The position numbers and the translations under genes were made by a program. From positions 6,063-70,062 of the forward strand of contig DAISKD010000004.1 in assembly GCA_036821185.1 (NCBI GenBank): a DNA stretch of 64,000 nucleotides, in the 5' to 3' direction. The number at the start of each line of letters is the position of its first letter. The first letter of the stretch is position 1. This DNA is from Chloroflexota bacterium (GTDB taxonomy: Bacteria > Chloroflexota > Dehalococcoidia > GIF9 > UBA5629). Under the pieces are notes generated by a model that was not told the DNA's origin, made no database searches, and saw only the letters and a list, made by a program, of their open reading frames with translations. Positions 27,167-36,887 of the stretch are shown piece after piece.

Positions 27167-29773
27167 ATGTTTAAATGGCTTGGCAGTCTCCTGGACTCCA
27201 ACGAAAAGGAACTGAAACGTCTCGAACCCTTGGTGGCAAAAATAAACTCCCTCGAGCCACAGTTCGAGAGGCTGACTGACGCCCAACTCCGTGACAAAAC
27301 AGAAGAGTTCAAAACCCGCCTGAAGTCTGGCGAGACTCTGGATGACCTCCTCCCTGAAGCCTTCGCCGCCGTGAGGGAAGCATCCAAACGCACGCTGGGA
27401 GAACGCCACTTCGATGTACAGCTAATGGGCGGCATCGTCCTCCACCAGGGCAAAATCGCCGAGATGAAGACCGGTGAGGGCAAGACACTAGTTGCCACCC
27501 TCCCTCTATACCTAAACGCCCTCACCGGCAAGGGCTGTCATCTGGTCACCGTTAACGACTACCTGGCACGCCGCGATGCCTACTGGATGGGCCCCATTTA
27601 CCACCTTCTCGGACTTACCGTAGCAAGCATCTACCCTCCCCTCCATCCGGACGAGCACTTGCCAGCACGACTCTACGACCCAACCTACAACGATGAAAAA
27701 GACACACGGTGGACACATTTTCGTCCTATAACCCGCCGGGAGGCCTACCTGGCAGACATCACCTACGGCACCAACAACGAGTTTGGCTTCGACTACCTCA
27801 GGGACAACATGGCTCTCGACCTTTCCCAATGTGTCCAGCGCGAACTGAACTATGCCATCGTGGACGAGGTGGACAACATCCTTATAGACGAAGCCCGCAC
27901 CCCGCTCATCATCAGCGGTACCGCCCAAGAAGCCACAGACAAATACTATACCTTCGCCCGCCTGGTGGCACAGCTCAGACCCGACGAAGACTACACTATG
28001 GAAGAAAAAGAGCGCCAGGTCTACCTCACAGAATCTGGCATGAGTAAGATGGAGCGGTGGCTCCGCCAGGAAGGCATGCTAAAAGCCCCCAACCTCTATG
28101 ACCCCTCCAACTATGCTCTAAACCAGTACATAAATAATGCCCTCAGGGCACAGGTACTTTTCAAGCGTGACCGCGACTATGTGGTCAAGGACGGGCAGGT
28201 TATCATCGTCGATGAGTTCACCGGCAGGTTGATGTTCGGCAGACGCTACTCTGAAGGCCTGCACCAGGCGATTGAAGCCAAAGAACGGGTAAAAATACAG
28301 CCGGAAAGCATCACCATGGCCACCATCACCTTCCAGAACTACTTCCGGTTGTACAAGAAGCTGGCAGGCATGACCGGTACTGCTGCCACCGAAGCCGAGG
28401 AGTTCCACAAGATCTACAATCTAGAGGTGGTGGTCATCCCCACAAACAAGCCCATGATCCGTGTGGACTATCCCGATAAAGTCTACAAGGACGAAGACTC
28501 CAAGTTCAAAGCTGTGGTCAAGGAAATAGAGGAGCTGCACCGCCAGGGGAGACCGGTACTGGTCGGTACAGTCTCCATAGAAAAATCGGAAAAGCTCAGC
28601 GACATGCTCAAGAGGCGAGGCATCCCCCACCAGGTGCTCAATGCCAAACACCATGAAAAAGAGGCTGCCATCATCGCCCAGGCAGGACGTATTGGCGCTG
28701 TCACCGTTGCTACCAACATGGCGGGGCGTGGCGTGGACATCATCCTCGGTGGCAATCCGGCGGGCCGCGACCCCAAAGAGTGGCAAGAAGAACATGACAG
28801 GGTCGTCCAGCTCGGCGGCCTGCATGTCACCGGCACCGAGCGTCATGAAGCCAGGCGGATCGACAACCAGCTCCGCGGTCGTGCTGGTAGACAGGGCGAC
28901 CCCGGTAGCTCCCGCTTCTATGTCTCGCTTGAAGACGATATCGTCCGACGCTTCGGCGGCGACCGTATCAAAGGCTTCATGGAGTGGGCGGGCTTCGACG
29001 AGAACACCCCCATTGAACACCCAATGGTCAGCAAAGCGATCGAAAATGCCCAGGTAAGGGTAGAGGGCTACCACTTCGACATCCGCAAGCACCTCGTGGA
29101 ATATGACGATGTGGTCAACAAACACCGTGAGGTCATCTACTCCGAACGCCGAAAAATCCTCGAGGGCGCTGACCTCAAAGCCAACATCTTGAATATGGTG
29201 AGGAAGGAGATAGAAAAGCTGGTCTCCATCCACTGCGGTGAAGAGGTACTTGAACCGGACATCGAGGGCTTACAACAGGAGCTTGCTTTAATCTTCCCCA
29301 CACCTCCCCGGATTGACCCCAATTTAATCACCCGCCTCAGACCAAAGCAGCTTGCCGAGTCCCTTGTCAGACATGCTGAGGAGCTCTACGAACAGAAAGA
29401 AAAGGAGATCGGCAGTTACAACATGCGCCTGGTGGAAAGGCTGGTGATGCTTCGCACCATAGACACCCTGTGGATGGAGCATCTCACTGCCATGGACCAT
29501 CTGAGACAGGAGGCTAACCTGTACGCCATCCGGGGCATTGAGCCCCTGGTCATCTACAAAAAAGAGGGGCACGCCCGCTTCAACAGCCTCATCGCCAGCA
29601 TCCAGCACGATGTTGTCCACACCATCTTTAGAGTAGAGCTAAAGAAAGAGCCGGCCCCACAGAGGCAGCCCCAGAAGGCCCCGGTCGGGGTCAGGGCAAG
29701 CAAAAAGGTGGGGCGCAACGACCCCTGCCCCTGTGGCTCAGGCAAAAAATACAAACACTGCTGCGGCAGATAG
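27167..29773 (+). CDS. secA: Preprotein translocase subunit SecA
   Basis: [72 protein letters not shown]. Confidence 0.99.
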   Translation: MFKWLGSLLDSNEKELKRLEPLVAKINSLEPQFERLTDAQLRDKTEEFKTRLKSGETLDDLLPEAFAAVREASKRTLGERHFDVQLMGGIVLHQGKIAEMKTGEGKTLVATLPLYLNALTGKGCHLVTVNDYLARRDAYWMGPIYHLLGLTVASIYPPLHPDEHLPARLYDPTYNDEKDTRWTHFRPITRREAYLADITYGTNNEFGFDYLRDNMALDLSQCVQRELNYAIVDEVDNILIDEARTPLIISGTAQEATDKYYTFARLVAQLRPDEDYTMEEKERQVYLTESGMSKMERWLRQEGMLKAPNLYDPSNYALNQYINNALRAQVLFKRDRDYVVKDGQVIIVDEFTGRLMFGRRYSEGLHQAIEAKERVKIQPESITMATITFQNYFRLYKKLAGMTGTAATEAEEFHKIYNLEVVVIPTNKPMIRVDYPDKVYKDEDSKFKAVVKEIEELHRQGRPVLVGTVSIEKSEKLSDMLKRRGIPHQVLNAKHHEKEAAIIAQAGRIGAVTVATNMAGRGVDIILGGNPAGRDPKEWQEEHDRVVQLGGLHVTGTERHEARRIDNQLRGRAGRQGDPGSSRFYVSLEDDIVRRFGGDRIKGFMEWAGFDENTPIEHPMVSKAIENAQVRVEGYHFDIRKHLVEYDDVVNKHREVIYSERRKILEGADLKANILNMVRKEIEKLVSIHCGEEVLEPDIEGLQQELALIFPTPPRIDPNLITRLRPKQLAESLVRHAEELYEQKEKEIGSYNMRLVERLVMLRTIDTLWMEHLTAMDHLRQEANLYAIRGIEPLVIYKKEGHARFNSLIASIQHDVVHTIFRVELKKEPAPQRQPQKAPVGVRASKKVGRNDPCPCGSGKKYKHCCGR

Positions 29774-29783
29774 CCCGCTTTCC

Positions 29784-29819
29784 CCTCTCCCCTGATGGGG
29801 AGAGGATTAGGGTGAGGGG
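29784..29819. repeat. REP-like palindromic element directly after secA
   Basis: CCTCTCCCC-TGAT-GGGGAGAGG + ATTAGGGTGAGGGG. Confidence 0.85.
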
Positions 29820-29937
29820 CAAGGACTAACAAAAAGTCCCCATTCCACTAAGCGCTCATATGTGTCACCACCCCCGAAATCTGCTACACTAGTATCAAGA
29901 AACATTCGGGGATAGAAAACGGCAGGGGGGGCTGCAA

Positions 29938-30180
29938 ATGAAAGCCAGCCTGGGGGTCACCACCTGTGACAAATGCCAGCAACCCATGACCAAAGGACAA
30001 CCTGTTATTATAGTAGTTGAGGGCGACATCGCCGAGTCAGGTGACATTTTGACTTTCGACGGTTCCTGCGTCCACTACGCCTGCCACCGCGAATGCTGGG
30101 ACAGGATAAAAGAAGCTGACGAAGCTGGAGCCGACAGGGCCCTGCCACCGCGAATGCTGGGACAGGATTATAGACAATGA
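29938..30180 (+). CDS. Small hypothetical protein, possible Zn-binding (CDKC...CHREC)
   Basis: ATG after a G-rich SD; TACACT -10 at about 29884; C-terminus overlaps a 28-bp duplication. Confidence 0.6.
   Translation: MKASLGVTTCDKCQQPMTKGQPVIIVVEGDIAESGDILTFDGSCVHYACHRECWDRIKEADEAGADRALPPRMLGQDYRQ
30080..30168 (+). repeat. Exact 28-bp direct repeat x2 separated by 33 bp
   Basis: CCTGCCACCGCGAATGCTGGGACAGGAT at 30080-30107 and 30141-30168. Confidence 0.95.
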
Positions 30181-30212
30181 GGAACATATAAGCCCCGGAG
30201 GATTATAAGCTC

Positions 30213-31031
30213 ATGAACTACTGGATGGCAGTAGGTTCACCGGCAAACTGGAAAGAGGCGTTCGAAAAGGGAAATATATGGGGGCTTACAGCAAGACAAG
30301 AACATCGTTGGGACAAACTTCACGAAAATGATATCATCCTGTTCTACGCCACTCAGCCAATTGCTGGCATCATAGGCTACGGCTTGGTGCAAACAAAGTT
30401 TCGCCAAGATAAGCCACTCTGGCATGAAGAAATTAAAGAGAACAAGGTAATATATCCATTACGTTTTGAGTTCAATGTGGAACACTGTCTTCCGCCAGAC
30501 GCGTGGCAAACTGAAAGAATAACCTCCGACGCTTTAAAGCTCAGGGTTTCCATAGGCTTTCAATCGCTTGACCCTCAGTTAGCCGAGCAAATAATCTCCG
30601 AGCTCAAAAAGCATGGGATCGAGCAACCGCAGGAGGCGCTCTCGCATAAAGAACTCCAGCAAAAACTAATTCAAATTGGTAGACTCCAGAACTACATTGC
30701 AGAATCAGAGTATCCTTTTGACATAGGAAAGCTCGATGTGGTCTGGAGAAGGATAGAGCGCTCAGTACCTACCTTCGTCTTTGAGATTCAAATCGGCGGG
30801 GACATTTACCATGCCCTGGCAAAGCTTAAGCACGCATACGACATGTGGAATAGTCACCTTTATTTAGTAGCATCCAAGGATGACTATAATAAAGCAAGAG
30901 GCCTCCTGTCAGGGACTTTCCACGAAATAGCTGACCGAACCAAGTTCATCGAAACCGAGAAGGTGCAGGAGCTTTACCAGCGGAAAATGGCTTTTATAGA
31001 ACTCGAAAAGGAACTCGGTATTAGCATTTAG
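30213..31031 (+). CDS. EVE-domain protein fused to a PD-(D/E)XK-like nuclease domain
   Basis: N-terminal MNYW...NW......WG......W......D.ILFY.......IIGYG.V (EVE/PUA-like); C-terminal E...E.......D-VVW...FVFEIQ..G.I..AL.KL. GGAGG SD; AT-richer than neighbours. Confidence 0.75.
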   Translation: MNYWMAVGSPANWKEAFEKGNIWGLTARQEHRWDKLHENDIILFYATQPIAGIIGYGLVQTKFRQDKPLWHEEIKENKVIYPLRFEFNVEHCLPPDAWQTERITSDALKLRVSIGFQSLDPQLAEQIISELKKHGIEQPQEALSHKELQQKLIQIGRLQNYIAESEYPFDIGKLDVVWRRIERSVPTFVFEIQIGGDIYHALAKLKHAYDMWNSHLYLVASKDDYNKARGLLSGTFHEIADRTKFIETEKVQELYQRKMAFIELEKELGISI

Positions 31032-31053
31032 ATTCTCAGAAGAGACACAAGAC

Positions 31054-31274
31054 ATGCTTGACCGGGATGTGGTGGAGCAATTCCTTAACTGCAAGCTTGC
31101 AGACATAGAAATGCCCGCCGATATCGATAGGGCGGCTCTCGTCGAGGCTTTTTTCGGTATGTCGAGGACGACTACTACGAATGGCTCAAGGACAACTTTA
31201 AGTCCTTCTTTAACCACGGAGACCCTGACTGGGAGTGGATAAGACGGAAAATCGCACTCCTGGAAATGACCTAG
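31054..31274 (+). pseudogene. Frameshifted (or -1 recoded) small acidic protein, paralog of 31341-31574
   Basis: Frame 0 gives MLDRDVVEQFLNCKLADIEMPADIDRAALVEAF; a -1 shift at T6 (31149-31154) gives FRYVEDDYYEWLKDNFKSFFNHGDPDWEWIRRKIALLEMT* (TAG 31272-31274), which aligns with the next ORF. Confidence 0.75.
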
Positions 31275-31287
31275 AAATAGGCCCCGA

Positions 31288-31316
31288 TTGCACACCGCCC
31301 GTCTTCGGCTTATACT
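31288..31316 (+). promoter_or_regulatory. Promoter for acidic protein-polX
   Basis: TTGCAC (31288-31293), 17 bp, TATACT (31311-31316). Confidence 0.7.
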
Positions 31317-31340
31317 CTATGAGAGAGGGGGAATTTAAAT

Positions 31341-31574
31341 ATGTTAGACAGCGAATTTGAGGACGAGTCCGCAGGTTGGGAACTGGACGAGTTTGACCTG
31401 GAAAGTACCGATGACCTCGATCTGGACATGCTGGCAGAGGAAGTCGTATCCGAAGCCCTCGACGAGGAGTATTTCGACTGGCTCAAGGACTATTTCGAAC
31501 CTTTCTTCAAAAAGGGCGACCCGAACTGGGATGAAATAGACGAGCGGATCCGCCGCCTTGGACTGGACAATTGA
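31341..31574 (+). CDS. Highly acidic small hypothetical protein (29 D/E in 77 aa)
   Basis: G-rich SD, own promoter, stop overlaps the polX start region. Confidence 0.75.
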   Translation: MLDSEFEDESAGWELDEFDLESTDDLDLDMLAEEVVSEALDEEYFDWLKDYFEPFFKKGDPNWDEIDERIRRLGLDN

Positions 31575-33295
31575 CCATGAAGAATATCGAAATAGCTAAA
31601 GTCTTCCAGGATATGGCCGATTTGCTGGAGCTTAAGGGCGAAAACCCGTTTAAGATCCGCGCCTACCAGCGTGCCGCCAGGGCCATCGAACATTTGCCCA
31701 AAGAGCTGGAAATCATGGTCGAAGAGGAAGAGGACCTACAGGGTATCCCGGGCGTCGGCGAGGCGATAGCAAAGAAAATTACCGAACTGGTGACCATCGG
31801 TAAGCTGCGCATCTATGAGGAGCTGAAAGCTGAATTCCCTGAGGGCATAACCGCACTGCTGGAAATACCCGGCATCGGTCCCAAGACGGCAAAGAGGCTG
31901 TCTACCGAACTGGGTATCAGGTCAGTGGACGAGCTGGAGCAAGCAATCAAGGACGGTAGGGTGGCTAAACTGTTCCGCCTTGGCGAGAAGACCGCCGAGA
32001 ATATCTTGCAGCAAATCCAGGCGCTCAGACGTAAGGATCAGCGCATCCCAATCGGAGAAGCCCTACCCATCGTCGAGGAGGTGCTCAGTGCCCTGCGCAA
32101 CATTCCGGGCGTGAAAAATCTTACCCCCGCTGGCAGCCTGCGCCGCTTCCGAGAAACGGTGGGCGATATCGACCTCATGGGCACCGCCGATAACCCCGAG
32201 GAGGTAATCAAGGCCTTCGTCTCTCTGCCCCAAATCAGACAGGTGCTGGCACAGGGACCTACCAAAGCCAGCGTCATCCTCCCCGGCGGGCTTCAGGCTG
32301 ACCTGAGGATGGTGGAACATGACTCTTTCGGCTCACTCCTTCAGTACTTCACCGGCAGCAAACAGCATAACATCGCCCTGCGCACTAAGGAACAGAAGAA
32401 AGGACTGAAGCTCAGTGAGTACGGGATAACTGACCTGTCCACCAACACCCTGGAGAAGTTCGCCACCGAGGAGGAGTTCTATCACCGCCTCGGTCTGCAG
32501 TATATCCCGCCGGAATTGAGGGAAGACCAGGGTGAGATAGAACTTGCCGAAAAGGGCGCCCTGCCCAGGCTCGTTGAGCTTTCGGACATTAGGGGCGATT
32601 TCCATGTTCATACTAAGTGGAGCGATGGGCACGACTCTATCGAGGACATGGTCAGGGCAGCTAAAGCGCTGGGGTATAAGTACATCGCCATCACCGACCA
32701 CTCCATAGGGCGGGGCATAGCCAAAGGGCTTAACGAGGAACGTCTGAGACAGCAGATAGAGGAAATAAGGCGCCTCAATGAGAGCATGAGTGATTTCTCC
32801 ATCCTAACCGGCATCGAGGTGGATATCAGGGCTGACGGTACGATAGACCTGCCGGACGAACTCCTCGCCGAACTGGATGTGGTCATCGCCGCCATTCATT
32901 CCGCCATGACACAGAGCGAGGAACAGATAACCAGGCGCATCCTCAATGCCATTGAGAACCCGCATGTGGACATCATCGCCCACCCCACCTGCCGCCTCAT
33001 CGGCGAGCGCGAGCCAGCTGCCGTGGACATGGAAGCGGTGTTCAAAGCTGCAGCCAGATATAATAAGGCACTGGAGATAAATGCCATGCCCGACAGGCTG
33101 GATCTCAAAGACACACATATCTACCGGGCAAGGGAGCTCGGCGTGAAGCTGGCTATAGGCACGGATGCCCACAGCGCCACCCAACTGGGCTTTATGCGCT
33201 TCGGCGTGGGCATCGCCAGACGGGGCTGGTGTCGGGCAGAAGATGTGCTCAATACTAGACCGCTCGACCAGGTGCTGGCTTTCTTCCGTCGCTGA
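31571..33295 (+). CDS. polX: DNA polymerase/3'-5' exonuclease PolX (Pol X + PHP)
   Basis: GSLRRFRETVGDIDL, ADLR, YFTGSKQHN; PHP motifs HVHTKWSDG, TDHS, AHPT, TDAH. Start TTG 31571 or ATG 31577. Confidence 0.96.
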   Translation: MTMKNIEIAKVFQDMADLLELKGENPFKIRAYQRAARAIEHLPKELEIMVEEEEDLQGIPGVGEAIAKKITELVTIGKLRIYEELKAEFPEGITALLEIPGIGPKTAKRLSTELGIRSVDELEQAIKDGRVAKLFRLGEKTAENILQQIQALRRKDQRIPIGEALPIVEEVLSALRNIPGVKNLTPAGSLRRFRETVGDIDLMGTADNPEEVIKAFVSLPQIRQVLAQGPTKASVILPGGLQADLRMVEHDSFGSLLQYFTGSKQHNIALRTKEQKKGLKLSEYGITDLSTNTLEKFATEEEFYHRLGLQYIPPELREDQGEIELAEKGALPRLVELSDIRGDFHVHTKWSDGHDSIEDMVRAAKALGYKYIAITDHSIGRGIAKGLNEERLRQQIEEIRRLNESMSDFSILTGIEVDIRADGTIDLPDELLAELDVVIAAIHSAMTQSEEQITRRILNAIENPHVDIIAHPTCRLIGEREPAAVDMEAVFKAAARYNKALEINAMPDRLDLKDTHIYRARELGVKLAIGTDAHSATQLGFMRFGVGIARRGWCRAEDVLNTRPLDQVLAFFRR

Positions 33296-33357
33296 CAAAT
33301 CGTAAAATCTGATTCGGTCGTTGCGTTTACATACATGCGACAGAAGTGGGGACCTAT

Positions 33358-34062
33358 ATGTCGGACAAAATAACGCAGGACGCCCCGAAGAACGAGGCTG
33401 ACGCCAGAGCCATCGAACACCTCAAACGCTCGGTAGCCGAGGGCAAGCACTGGTACATCGCCCTGCTCGAAGCTATCAGGCTGTGGAAAAGCTCTGAAGA
33501 AGACTACGAGGGACGCCACTACCGCTACCTCATCGCCAGTGAGGCTTTTGACTGGTTGCTTCTGGCGGAGCGTCTCCTCGATGAGCTCGGCGATGCCGTG
33601 CCTGAGCAGGAGAAAATAGATTTACTTTTCTTCGATCGTCCACCTCTAGAGCTAAGCCATCAGGAGTTCAAGGAGCTTATCGGCCCCGCCAAGTACCGCG
33701 CCTATCTGAACTTTCTTTACGGCGTGCTGGTCGAGGAGGCGCTGGTGGCTGCGGTGGTGGAGGAGCTGCGTAAGGAACATTCCGTCCTGGGTATAACCAG
33801 CGACCAAGACGTGCTTAATAAGGCCTTCCGCCGGGTCTATGGCGAAAGCCGCGACGTCCTCCTCGACATGTTCAGGAAAGAGAAGCACTACCGCAAGCGG
33901 AAGTCCCTTACCCTGGACGAGCTTAAAGAGTTCACCTACTGGCTGTTCAAGTACCGGGTGAACCGGGCTGAGAGGTCCAGGGTCGCCAGCGATACTAAGA
34001 AGGCGCTGCTTAAGATGCAGCGCGATATGAAAGTTAAAGGGCTTAAGCCCTTTAAGGGCTGA
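33358..34062 (+). CDS. Conserved hypothetical protein
   Basis: Long ORF with typical codon usage (HWYIALLEAI, FDWLLLAERL, FTYWLFKYRV); function not recognised. Confidence 0.75.
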   Translation: MSDKITQDAPKNEADARAIEHLKRSVAEGKHWYIALLEAIRLWKSSEEDYEGRHYRYLIASEAFDWLLLAERLLDELGDAVPEQEKIDLLFFDRPPLELSHQEFKELIGPAKYRAYLNFLYGVLVEEALVAAVVEELRKEHSVLGITSDQDVLNKAFRRVYGESRDVLLDMFRKEKHYRKRKSLTLDELKEFTYWLFKYRVNRAERSRVASDTKKALLKMQRDMKVKGLKPFKG

Positions 34063-36772
34063 ACTGCTCCAGCTCCTGCTTCAGTCTTTGCAACCTGTCC
34101 CGATGGCCCTCAAGCTTCTGCTGCTCTTTCGCCACCACTGCTGCCGGCGCCTTGGAAAGGAATTGCTCGTCCTTCAGTCGTTGTTCCAGACGACTGATCT
34201 CCTCATGCACCATTGCCATCTCTTTCTCCAACCTTTGCCTTTCCGCCACCACGTCCACCATACCCTCCCAGGGCAAGACTACCTCCGCTTCCTTCAGCAC
34301 CATTACAAGTCCTTTCTCTCCCTTTTGCCTTTGCTCCCGACCGAGGATTGCCACCGGCCTTGCCCGGGCAAGCGTCTCTATAGTTGCCCTGTGAGACTCG
34401 ATGGCTGACTTTAGTTCATTCGTGTACACGCGCGCCGCTATCCACTTGCCCGCCGCCACCTTGTGCTCCGCCCGCGCATTACGCATGGCACGGATGATCT
34501 CGATCACCGCACTCATCGCCCGCTCCGCCTGCGGGTCAATAGCCCCTCTGTAAACCCGGGGATAGCGGGCCACCATTATCGAGGGGGCGATCAGCAGCCC
34601 CTCCGGCAACCGTCGCTTCAGCCCCTGCCATAGCTCCTCGGTGATAAAGGGCATAAAGGGATGCAACAAACGCAGTGTAGTCTCCAGCACTATAGCCAGA
34701 TAGGACAAAGGGGATGAATTGGGGTGGGAAAGACGGATCTTGCTTATTTCGATGTACCAGTCACAAAATTCTCCCCAGAAAAAGTCATGGATACGGCGCT
34801 CAGCCTCGCCGAACTGGTAGTCAAATAGAAGCTCATCCACTTCGAGGATAAGGTTATGCAGCCGACTCACAATCCAGCGGTCCTCAACATGGCTGGTGGC
34901 GGCGGCCATGGCTAAAGCCCGACATATGTCCACTCCCTTCAGCCTTGCCAGTTGTGCCAGCTCCGTCAGCACCCGGCTCGTTTTCTCCTTGTCGGCATCA
35001 AGGCTGCTGAAGACAAACCGGGCCGCGTTCCATAATTTGTTGGCAAAGTTCCTGCCAGCTTCAAGCCTGTCCCTGCCCAGATTGACGTCATTGCCCGGCG
35101 CCGTACCAACGGTGAGGGCAAAGCGAAGTGCATCCGTGCCATATTGCTCGATCAGCTCGGTGGGGTTGAGCACGTTGCCCCGCATCTTGCTCATCTTTTC
35201 GCCCTTCTCATCACGGATGAGCCCGTGGAGATACACCACCCGGAACGGCACCTTGCCCGTGTCCTCCAGCCCCATCATGATCATCCGCGCCACCCAGAAG
35301 AAGAGTATGTCATAACCGGTCTCCATGACCGAGGTGGGATAGAAATAATTAAAGTCTTCGGTGTCATCCGGCCAGCCGAGCGTGGAGTGGGGCCAGAGGG
35401 CGGAGCTGAACCATGTGTCAAGCACGTCCGGGTCCTGGAAGATGTCAGCCGAACCACAGTGCTGACAGGCAGTGGGCTCATCAACGGACACAGTTAGCCC
35501 ATCACATTTGTGGCAGTACCACACTGGAATGCGGTGCCCCCACCAGAGCTGGCGACTGATGCACCAGTCGCGGATATTTTCCATCCAGTTGAGATATATC
35601 TTGGTAAAGCGCTCCGGTATGATGACTATCTCTCCCCCTGTGACTGCCTTGACCGCCGGGTCTGCCAGAGGTGCCACACGGACAAACCATTGCTTGCTCA
35701 CCTTGGGTTCTACCATCGTCTGGCAGCGGTCGCAGTGCCCCACCGAATGTGAATAGGGCTCTATCTTCTCCAATAGTCCAGCTTTTTCGAAGTCCTCCAC
35801 CACCCTTTGCCGACAGACAAAGCGGTCGAGCCCGGCATAGGGTCCCGCCTCTTCATTCATGGTGGCATCGGGGTTCATTACGTTTATTATGGGCAACCCC
35901 TTCCTCTCCGATATTTCGAAGTCCACCGGGTCATGCCCCGGGGTTATCTTTACGGCGCCGGTGCCAAAGGATGGGTCCACTGCTGGGTCCGCGATGATAG
36001 GTATCACCCTGCCGATTACAGGAAGCACCACCTTATTCCCCACGATTGCCTTGAACCGCTCATCGTCCAGGTTCACCGCCACCGCAGTATCGCCAAGGTA
36101 GGTCTCAGGCCGGGTGGTGGCAACGGTTATGAAGCCGCTGCCATCGGCGAAGGGGTAACGCAGGTAATAGAGGCGGCCAGCCACCTCTTTATGTTGCACC
36201 TCAAGGTCGGAAAGCGCCGTGAGACACCTGGGACACCAGTTTATCAGCCTTTCGCCCCGGTAGATCAGCCCTTTGTTGTACAGGCGGACAAAAGCGGTAC
36301 GCACCGCACGGCTCGGTCCCTCATCCAGGGTAAACCGCTCACGCGTCCAGTCACAGGACGCCCCCAATCGCTGGTGCTGATAGGTGATGGCACTTCGCGA
36401 TTTTCTCACCCATTCCCAGACGTGCTCCAGGAACTTCTCCCTGCCTAGCTTGTGACGGTCCAGCCCCTCTTGAGCAAGCTTCTGCTCCACCACCACCTGC
36501 GTGGCGATGCCTGCGTGGTCAACGCCGGGCAACCATAGCGTGGGCTCGCCCTTCATCCGGTGCCACCTCACCATGATGTCCTCCAGCGTCGCCGTAAGCG
36601 CATGCCCCAGGTGTAGTTCGCCGGTGACATTGGGTGGCGGCATGATGATGACGAAGGGCTTGCGTCTGCGGTCTATCTTCGGGGTGAAATAACCTTGCTC
36701 CAACCAGAAGCGGTACCACTTCTGCTCTACCTGTCCTGGTTCATAAGCCTTCGGTATCTCGCTCATCGCCAT
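34052..36772 (-). CDS. valS: Valine--tRNA ligase
   Basis: PPPNVTGELHLGH (HIGH), WCISRQLWWGHRIP, KMSKMRGN, C-terminal coiled coil. Confidence 0.99.
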   Translation of the reverse strand: MAMSEIPKAYEPGQVEQKWYRFWLEQGYFTPKIDRRRKPFVIIMPPPNVTGELHLGHALTATLEDIMVRWHRMKGEPTLWLPGVDHAGIATQVVVEQKLAQEGLDRHKLGREKFLEHVWEWVRKSRSAITYQHQRLGASCDWTRERFTLDEGPSRAVRTAFVRLYNKGLIYRGERLINWCPRCLTALSDLEVQHKEVAGRLYYLRYPFADGSGFITVATTRPETYLGDTAVAVNLDDERFKAIVGNKVVLPVIGRVIPIIADPAVDPSFGTGAVKITPGHDPVDFEISERKGLPIINVMNPDATMNEEAGPYAGLDRFVCRQRVVEDFEKAGLLEKIEPYSHSVGHCDRCQTMVEPKVSKQWFVRVAPLADPAVKAVTGGEIVIIPERFTKIYLNWMENIRDWCISRQLWWGHRIPVWYCHKCDGLTVSVDEPTACQHCGSADIFQDPDVLDTWFSSALWPHSTLGWPDDTEDFNYFYPTSVMETGYDILFFWVARMIMMGLEDTGKVPFRVVYLHGLIRDEKGEKMSKMRGNVLNPTELIEQYGTDALRFALTVGTAPGNDVNLGRDRLEAGRNFANKLWNAARFVFSSLDADKEKTSRVLTELAQLARLKGVDICRALAMAAATSHVEDRWIVSRLHNLILEVDELLFDYQFGEAERRIHDFFWGEFCDWYIEISKIRLSHPNSSPLSYLAIVLETTLRLLHPFMPFITEELWQGLKRRLPEGLLIAPSIMVARYPRVYRGAIDPQAERAMSAVIEIIRAMRNARAEHKVAAGKWIAARVYTNELKSAIESHRATIETLARARPVAILGREQRQKGEKGLVMVLKEAEVVLPWEGMVDVVAERQRLEKEMAMVHEEISRLEQRLKDEQFLSKAPAAVVAKEQQKLEGHRDRLQRLKQELEQFSP

Positions 36773-36887
36773 GTCCTCTTATTCAAACTCATGACCGCAT
36801 TCCGTACGATAACAAAAGACCACACACATCGAACCCGCGGTCAAACTTTGCCCACTCAAATGGATAGCTATCTCAGAAGCGGCCGGC

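Noticed and set aside
30080-30168. CRISPR array (28-bp repeat, 33-bp spacer)
   Set aside because: Only two copies, the first is protein-coding, no leader or cas genes; kept only as a direct repeat.
36773-36887. T-box leader upstream of valS
   Set aside because: No T-box (AGGGTGGNACCGCG-like) motif or terminator; the region is too short.
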